Below, one piece after another: positions 56,901-64,000 of a stretch of DNA of 64,000 bases. The stretch comes from Trichoplax adhaerens (lineage: Eukaryota > Animalia > Placozoa). Every line of letters starts with the position of its first letter. The first letter of the stretch is position 1. Both the position numbers and the translations under genes were made by a program. The notes under the pieces were generated by a model. It was not told the DNA's origin and did no database searches. It saw nothing but the letters and a program-made list of their open reading frames with translations. The stretch is from contig NW_002060975.1 in NCBI RefSeq assembly GCF_000150275.1, positions 276,130-340,129 of the forward strand. Reading direction: 5' to 3'.

Positions 56901-59900
56901 TTCATTCTATATCTAGCTTTAATGTATTTTAATTTATGCAATTAAATCTATTATTTATCAGTTTATTTCTTAACATATTAGTTGTAGTAAGAATAATTCT
57001 TTTATCATGACATTTTACCCGCTTTCTTCACCATTAGCTCTTCTAAGAGCTCTTGCTTCTTCTTTTGCTTTTTGTCTAGCTTCTTCTTCAGCTTTTTTAA
57101 TCTCTTCAGCTTCTGCTATCTATAAATACAGTAATAATACGTTAAAGGTTCGTAGATGGTGATAAATATCGTAATAGTCAATGATTGAAATAAACTTAGT
57201 ATACAATGTTGTATTATGCTTACACGTAGCTTCTTTTTAATGGTGTGAAATTTAAATTGCCTAATTTTAATTGCTTCTTCTGGAAGTTGATAAGTTTTAG
57301 ATGTTGAATAAGTATTAGGTTTTGGGGCTACTACTTCTAAAGCAATACCATCTTGACAACACACTAGGACGACTTTCTTTTTCTGTAGAAAATGATTTAA
57401 TCAAGTAATGAAGAGATGCTTATTGTAGTTACATTAATATCATCAATTTGATATAAATTGATTTTATGCGTTATTATAGTGCTATACTAACATGGCTTTC
57501 AGGTGCCCATGCAATCGAGACTACAGGACAAGGCATTTTAATAAATCCGATAGCCTGGAAAGTATCACGGATAGCGAAGAAGAATATGGACGAATCGGCT
57601 CCCTAATAATATTTTCAAATAAAGATGAGCGTATTTTTAACGAAAGAATAAATTATTTGATTATAAATCAACGTCTTAAAATTAGATTAATAGTAAAAAT
57701 TGAATAGAGTATAATTACAATTAGGGCATAATATCACTGTTATGATTCATTATTACATTTTTTCGTAATATCTAATACTCTATGCTGATAAGCAGTATTC
57801 TACACATGAAGCAGTACGTAATATTGTTAATATAAATAAAAGGCATTTCGAAGCTTACCCCTGTAACCAGAATGTCGCCAGTGTTATCAATTGCCATGCA
57901 AGTAACTGAGGAATTATGAGGCTTCATGACTTGTTCTAATGCAATTTGAGTGCTTGAAATATCACTAGGTGATCGAATTCGACGCTGAATTGCTCCTTCA
58001 TCTAATTTCTTTGCAATGCGCAATGCACGAACTATCCCATCATCGAATCCAACCAAGACCGATACTCCAAGAGGATCAACACTTTCTGGTAACCAAAGTA
58101 GGCAAGTACCGCTAGAATTAAATTTTGATGAGCACAATTGCTGCTTCTTTATATAATGATAGACTTTGACCGTATGATCTTCAGCAGTTGTAGCTACCAT
58201 ATGATGTTTTGGTGATGTTTGCATGCCAGTAATTTCACCAGCATGAAAAGAAAACAGTTTCTCAGGTGGTTTAGTTGTGTGAGAAAAGGATAAATCAAGT
58301 TTCCATATTCCACCACTAGCATCTTGACCATACCAAATACTAGCCAAGTTTGTATCTACAGATTTTACCATCGATTTCAGTTTAACATCTTGGCCAACCT
58401 TTAATTCATACATAGGTTCCATTTCAAAGATTTGTCCTTCTTCTCCTACTTCTGCGGAATCGACTGTTTCAAAATCCCATACACGAATGTAACCATCATT
58501 TCCGATGGTAATTAGTTCACCTTCATCGTAGAAAAATCCTTCAATACTACCAATATGGCATGACTTTTTAGCTTTTCGTCCGATTTGTACCTTAATTAAG
58601 CCATTATCCCATACTAGCATATTACCCCAGTCGGTTCCAGATAAGACTTTACCGTCAGGCAATTCAACGTAGCTAATAATATCACTAATTTGTGTTCGCC
58701 CAAATTTACCAATATAACCTTTTAATTTTAAACCGGTAAACGTTTCTGCCATAGTCCAGAATTTGATATGGCCAGTACCACTTGTCGTTAAGTGGCCTTC
58801 ATTTTCTGGCGAAAATGTAACATTGAAGACATCTTGTGAGAATGCTTTGGTGCGTAAGACAATTTTTTCTTTTTTCCAATCCCAAATAGTTAGGGTATAA
58901 TCAGGAGAGCAGCCAACTGATGCAAGATGTATACCAGAGCTTGGTGAGAAATCGATATGAGCGTAAGCATGTTCAGTTCCACATCGAAGTATACGATGCA
59001 ACCGAAGCGAAGGATAATGATAGACGTTAATATTGGGTTTAATTCCACGTTCTGCAACAGCGAAGAACTCTCGCTCAGGGTGAACAGCAATAGCACCAAT
59101 ACCACCGCCTCCCGTTGTTCGTATATGCTGTTGCTGGCCACTCGTTAAATTTAGTATTTGTACAAAGTTACCGGCAGAGAATAAAACGTGTTGAGTATCC
59201 ATCATAAAGAGATTGGATGCTTTAGTACATTCGTAACCAAAAGAATGAAATAAATCCATGAAATTACTAGGATAATTAGAAGTCGAGATAGGCTTGGATT
59301 CTAATTCATTGTTATCATAATAGAAATCATCTGGTAATATTTCCTCTTCTTCTTCTTCTTCTTGCATATTTTCATCTTGTACTACCTCTTTATCATGACT
59401 ATTTTGATTTTCTTGTGAATTGGGTGAATTATGTTCTGCTTCATCATCGCTTGTTTCATCGTTGTCTTCATCTGAGTTGTTTTCGTCGGAAGATTTTTTC
59501 TTGGTGGCTTTTTGCTTTTCTCTTTCATCATCTGAGTCATCTTTGAGGTAAGCATCATATTTTGAAAATATTTGCTGCTTACTAGGACTAGCAGATACAC
59601 TTTGTGGGAGACTGATTTCTTGCAGATTTGCGTTATCGTCTCGTTGAACATTCTCCCCTGGGTTATTGTCATGGGCACTTGCTTGATGGTCTTCTTTTAC
59701 ATCTTCAGCCTGTTTAGTTTGGCCCTGATCTGTATTAGGTGCGTTATCATGTTGGGATGTACTTGCGTTATTATTATCGGTTGATGATGGATTATCTTGA
59801 TCTGTAGTAGGTGATTGTTCAGTAGTAGAAGTTAATCCTGGTGTCTCTGGTTGAACAGGAGTATCATCGGATTGAACGGCAAGCGTAGAATTATCTTGAT

Positions 59901-60108
59901 TGCTATCCATTAGTACTTCTTGTGTGGGATGGGTTGAATCCTGTATATCATTCTTTGGAGTTGTACTTGTATCATCTGTATCCACTGTTGGTGAATGATC
60001 TTGATGGGATGCCTCGTCCAATGGACCGTCTACAGGCTTCTCTTCTTCTGTATGCGAATGGGTGTCGTTTTCGACATTGCTACTTGATTGAACATGGTTA
60101 TCAGCCAT
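47901..60108 (-). CDS. CFAP44: Cilia- and flagella-associated protein 44 (WDR52): acidic N-terminus, WD40 repeats, long coiled-coil C-terminus; multi-exon
   Basis: Exon 1 is 60108-57859 (750 codons; HSFGYEC, LASVGCSPDYTLTIWDWKKEKIVLRTKAFSQDVF, TFTGLKLKGYIGKFGRTQISDI). Later exons include EKQQKLNELDVVVTIHLDQIQY and the C-terminus LSRKDGQVLPP...QK*. Confidence 0.92.
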
Positions 60109-60294
60109 GATTATACCGCGTATTCCAGGTAATAATTAATCTTTCTTGACTCGTCTACTATCATTCAAGTTGACTACTGCTATGGCTAATTTCAATTGAT
60201 GCGATGGAGCTTTTCTATGCATAAGACTAGCAGTAATATTGATCTCTAATCTAGTCAGATACGGTTAAAATCGGAACGTTGTTGTCGTGAAGTC

Positions 60295-60308
60295 GTTGCT
60301 ATGGCGAC
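60295..60308. promoter_or_regulatory. RFX X-box upstream of CFAP44
   Basis: GTTGCTATGGCGAC is a near-consensus X-box about 187 bp upstream of the ATG of a ciliary gene. Confidence 0.75.
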
Positions 60309-60764
60309 AGAGCGAGCTAGATTCAGCTATCCACTTTGCTATACTGGTACTGTACCAACTACCAAGGGATTAGACTACACTAGGCCTTGGCGAATCACTC
60401 TTGGACGGACAGACACATTCGTCCTGATCTCCAAACACTTCGTTATGATACTACTTCAGTATGCAGATGGTTCCAATGGACTGATTTTTACTAAATTATG
60501 TAATCATATCATGTTGAATCTTATTATCCGTTGCTAAAGTTCTGCTTGAAAATAGCTATATAAGATCTTGAATATTATTGAAATAGTGCCAGTGATTTAG
60601 GAAAGCAGACACGGAAGATCCATACTAAGTACAGCAGTCTATTTTTTCGACAGTGCAGTGGCGGCCTCATTTGGTTAAAAAAGTCCGTCCATCTGAGGAA
60701 TGATCAGTCCAGGTCTTCTTCTAGTACTGTGTCCACTAAATAAATATAGTGCGGGCTCCCTCCT

Positions 60765-60882
60765 AAACTACTAGAAAAGATCTCTCATCTTTAGTCATAG
60801 ACTACTGGAGAAGAGCTCTAGTCTAGTCATAAACTGCTAGAAAAGGCTTCTAGTCATGGACTACGTAGTAGAAAAGATCTTT
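60765..60882. repeat. Degenerate tandem repeat, about 4 x 30-35 bp
   Basis: Iterations of (tagtcat)rract.ctrgaraag...ct. Confidence 0.65.
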
Positions 60883-62465
60883 TTCTACAAGCCCACGATA
60901 ATACCAAACAGTCTTTACTGGCAACCCATCAGCGTTCTACCTCAAAGCTCTGAACGGAACGAGTAGTGCTACTAAAGACTACCGTCATGTTGTCGATGAC
61001 TAGATCAATGTAATCTATCGAAACTGCAGTGCTCTTTCGTGTTTATCAAGATTTCTTCATCCACTTTGCTGAAATGATGCAAAGTGTAAAGAGAAAATGA
61101 TCAATTGGTTTCGACGCGATAGTGTGTACTATCTACAGTATATTGCAGTAGGTTTACAGCGAATTTTTTCTCGATGGGGGTTTTGCAGTCCATAAGTGTA
61201 AATCAAGAAGAAAATGGACAGTTCTAATGTCATTCTGTCTATGTCGAGATCAATTCTTGATGATAGAACTTGTGGGTTTCGTCCATAGAAACGTCCTCAA
61301 TTTTGGGGGGAATATCTCCATGGTTTCGTATGACTTCGTGACCCTCATTACTGACCCTTAGACCGGTAAATGGCGGCCCAACGAACAGCATCCGTTCATG
61401 TCTAAAACAAATGTCGCATGTTAAAGGGTTTTTGTCAGTGTAGAATGTATATATTCTTGCTTTTATACGACATTTGTTTCACACACTACAATCAATGTTT
61501 GGTACTGTTTGCGCACTACAGTTACTGCTTACCTTATTACCCTATTACAGTGTACAGTACTGAGTGTACAGTACACACAGTTATACTGTACTGTACTGTA
61601 GTGACCCGGAAAAATGCGTACCGCACCGTCCGTACCGGTCCGCGCCGCCCCGTACCGTACTCTTCCGGACCAGAGGTCATGCTATCATGGTACCATACGC
61701 TACAGTACATCCTGTACAGTACTAAACCGCGAGATACAGTCTCTAGTCCATTTGCGACTGTAGTAAGTCCAATCCCACCCATCAAGAAAAAATTTCTTCT
61801 TTCTCATTCCATCGAAAGGTGGAAGCCATAACTGGCCATAAGTAAGCATTGCTGCTAACGTTGTCAATTATCCCATCGTTTAATGACTGCTTCAATTGGT
61901 GCATCTGTCGCATAGCTTCTAAGTTGCCATTTAAGGCTATTAACAAGGACAAGATAGAGTGGATTATAGGAAGATATCTTACCTGGAACCATCGCAATCC
62001 AAACAATAAACGACAAATTAGACCGGTTGAAAGTGTAAAGATTTGCATCATTGGCATCATCTTGTCGATGGTATCCTATCGACTAGGATAAATCCAAACT
62101 AGCCTGCAATAAGATAAATGACTGAGTTGAAGAGAGTCTTTCTGTTAATGTTGCTGTTTATTTCATGATCGAGTTGCATCGGTAACTTGGCTATCTGTAA
62201 AGATCAATAAACAAGATTAAATTGATCAACGAGGATCAAGTAGACGGGCTGAATTGAAGGTTGGTGAGCAAAAGTAAGTTATTAGTATGCTTCTGGGGGT
62301 ATTTTATCAAGAGCTAAACCTGATCCTATTGGAATTGGAGGATAGATGATTAAGTTAGTGTTTTAATTTTGCCTTTCTTTCCGTAGTTACCACTGTCGAT
62401 ACTGGAAACCTTGCTCGAGAAGAGTTTGATAATAATAACAAACCATAGAGAAAGGTATTATTAAC

Positions 62466-64000
62466 ATGGATTTTGATCAAATCAATAAATTGGAAGAAGG
62501 ACAAATCTTATGCTGTTGTGAATATTTCAACAGTCGTGGACAACGCAGCCATTTATTAGAAGCCCTTTGCGATTGCCAAGTATTAGATGATATTTGCGAA
62601 GGATTTATCCATTGTAAATGGGCTGGGAAAGATCAGTTCCTTCAATTGTTAGAAGTCATGCATGATCGTATACGAATTCCCTGGTTAGACGGACGTGGAG
62701 CTCGACGATTTCCACTATCAACAATATTACCCATGATTATTTTACCTTGTATGCTAAAAGTAGCCTCTTCTGGCTTTTATACGACCGTAGGCATGATAAC
62801 GTCCCTTTTTCCTTTGATGATGTTTATCTATTATAGCGCTATCATTAGCGGTCGTAAAAGGACGCCATTTTTTCTAAGCTGGACGTTAACATCCAGTAAG
62901 TAAAATGTACTATTCAGTCAAACCTGTTTCTGTACCAATGGCATCATTTCATTAAAATGCCTAATACGTACATCGTATTCTAGTAGTAAGTTTGATTAAA
63001 ATCAACTTTAAACCACGTAGTAGATATAATATACTACAACAATTAAACTATCTTGATTACAACATTTTACCTGTTCATATTGTAATGATACGAAAGTTGG
63101 AAATGAATGTTGACGATGAAAAATAAGAAAACTCAAAGTATCGTCATTATCGTGAAACTTGTATAATGTATGTTGAACTTCTTTTTTCTCTTAAATTATA
63201 GTATTGGGAATGCTATTTGCCTACTTGCGCTATATTACTCCAAATTGTAGTCTTGACAAGACTGCTGAAGTCTCCCTTGGCTTAGTGATGACGTTAATTA
63301 TTTTTATCTTATGCTTACGTAATCCTGGTAGAATTAAACCCAAACGTAAAGGGGCCAAGCTTGGCAATTATGTCGATCATAATAATCAGGATACGTACGA
63401 TAATAATTTATTGAAAGTTTGTCAAGAATGTCATGTTCAGATGCCTCGGCGATCGCACCACTGTGGGTAAGAAAATTTTGCTAGACGTTAATATTAGATA
63501 AAATTCTGTATTGTGCGTATAGAACATTTAAATTGGAATCTTTCTACTTGAGCTGCAAGTAGTTTTTACAGCCCCTAAAACTGCCATAGTAGATCATCCT
63601 ATTTTGTTACATTCCTATGATAAATTTTTTAACAATAAATATTTCATAGTAAGGCTACGGTACAAATCACGATTTCTGGATAGAACAGCACAAGAGCCCA
63701 GTCACGGTACTTTCCTGTCATTAAACTCACTCATCACCTTTACAAATGATGACCACTAGTTTCCATGATATAATAATATCCAATGTAATTTAGTTAAAAC
63801 ATACAAACTATTTGAGAGTACACGATATAAAATTGGCCTTTACTTGAGCGAATAATAATCATAGTTATTGCTGACGTAGGATTCAAATTATTCGTCATCT
63901 AGTTGTAATACAGCAAATCTTGGATAAGTTAACACAATATAATTGATTGCTTTCTATTTTGTAGAATTTGCCACAAATGTGTAAAACATTTTGATCATCA
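62466..64000 (+). CDS. ZDHHC23: DHHC palmitoyltransferase, ZDHHC23-like; 3' end lies beyond the window
   Basis: Exons 62466-62895, 63202-63466, 63965 to window end. N-terminal LCCCEYFNSRGQRSHLLEALCDC is typical of ZDHHC23. DHHC domain CQECHVQMPRRSHHCG|ICHKCVKHFDH(H). Confidence 0.88.

Noticed and set aside
526-59784. Many 60-100 aa ORFs overlapping real exons in other frames or antisense
   Set aside because: Shadow ORFs of the genes listed, with no independent support.
61418-62091. ORFs 61418-61831, 61537-61785 and 61849-62091
   Set aside because: They overlap low-complexity CAGTA/CCGTA arrays or have no recognisable homology.
1-64000. tRNA/rRNA genes, prokaryotic defence systems, autonomous transposase or RT genes
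   Set aside because: None recognised by eye. The window is spliced eukaryotic DNA; tRNAscan-SE and Infernal would be needed to exclude small RNAs formally.

Overview
AT-rich, intron-containing animal genomic DNA. Compact genes, short GT-AG introns and an expanded intronless GPCR family suggest an early-branching metazoan such as the placozoan Trichoplax (inference only). Left to right: (1) a tandem cluster of four intronless class A GPCR paralogues (minus strand), three with 1-nt frameshifts near the 5' end and one running into an assembly gap, within a decayed segmental duplication that carries a Helitron-like insert; (2) a 13-exon, about 1019-aa single-pass Ig-superfamily receptor (signal peptide, 6 Ig, 1 FN3, TM, tyrosine-motif-rich tail); (3) tandem repeat blocks; (4) a USF bHLH-ZIP gene with an E-box-rich 5' region; (5) RBBP5; (6) TRAPPC4; (7) CFAP44/WDR52 with an upstream RFX X-box; (8) the 5' part of ZDHHC23. 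Main leads: TA to TACAGTA/TACTGTA insertions that look like Tc1/mariner excision footprints, seen directly as differences between repeat copies; a gene set whose human orthologues map to the Ig-rich 1q/3q13/11q23/19q13 regions; possible USF autoregulation; and a cysteine-less, CEACAM-N-like first Ig domain. Exon structures were reconstructed by hand and no database search was run.
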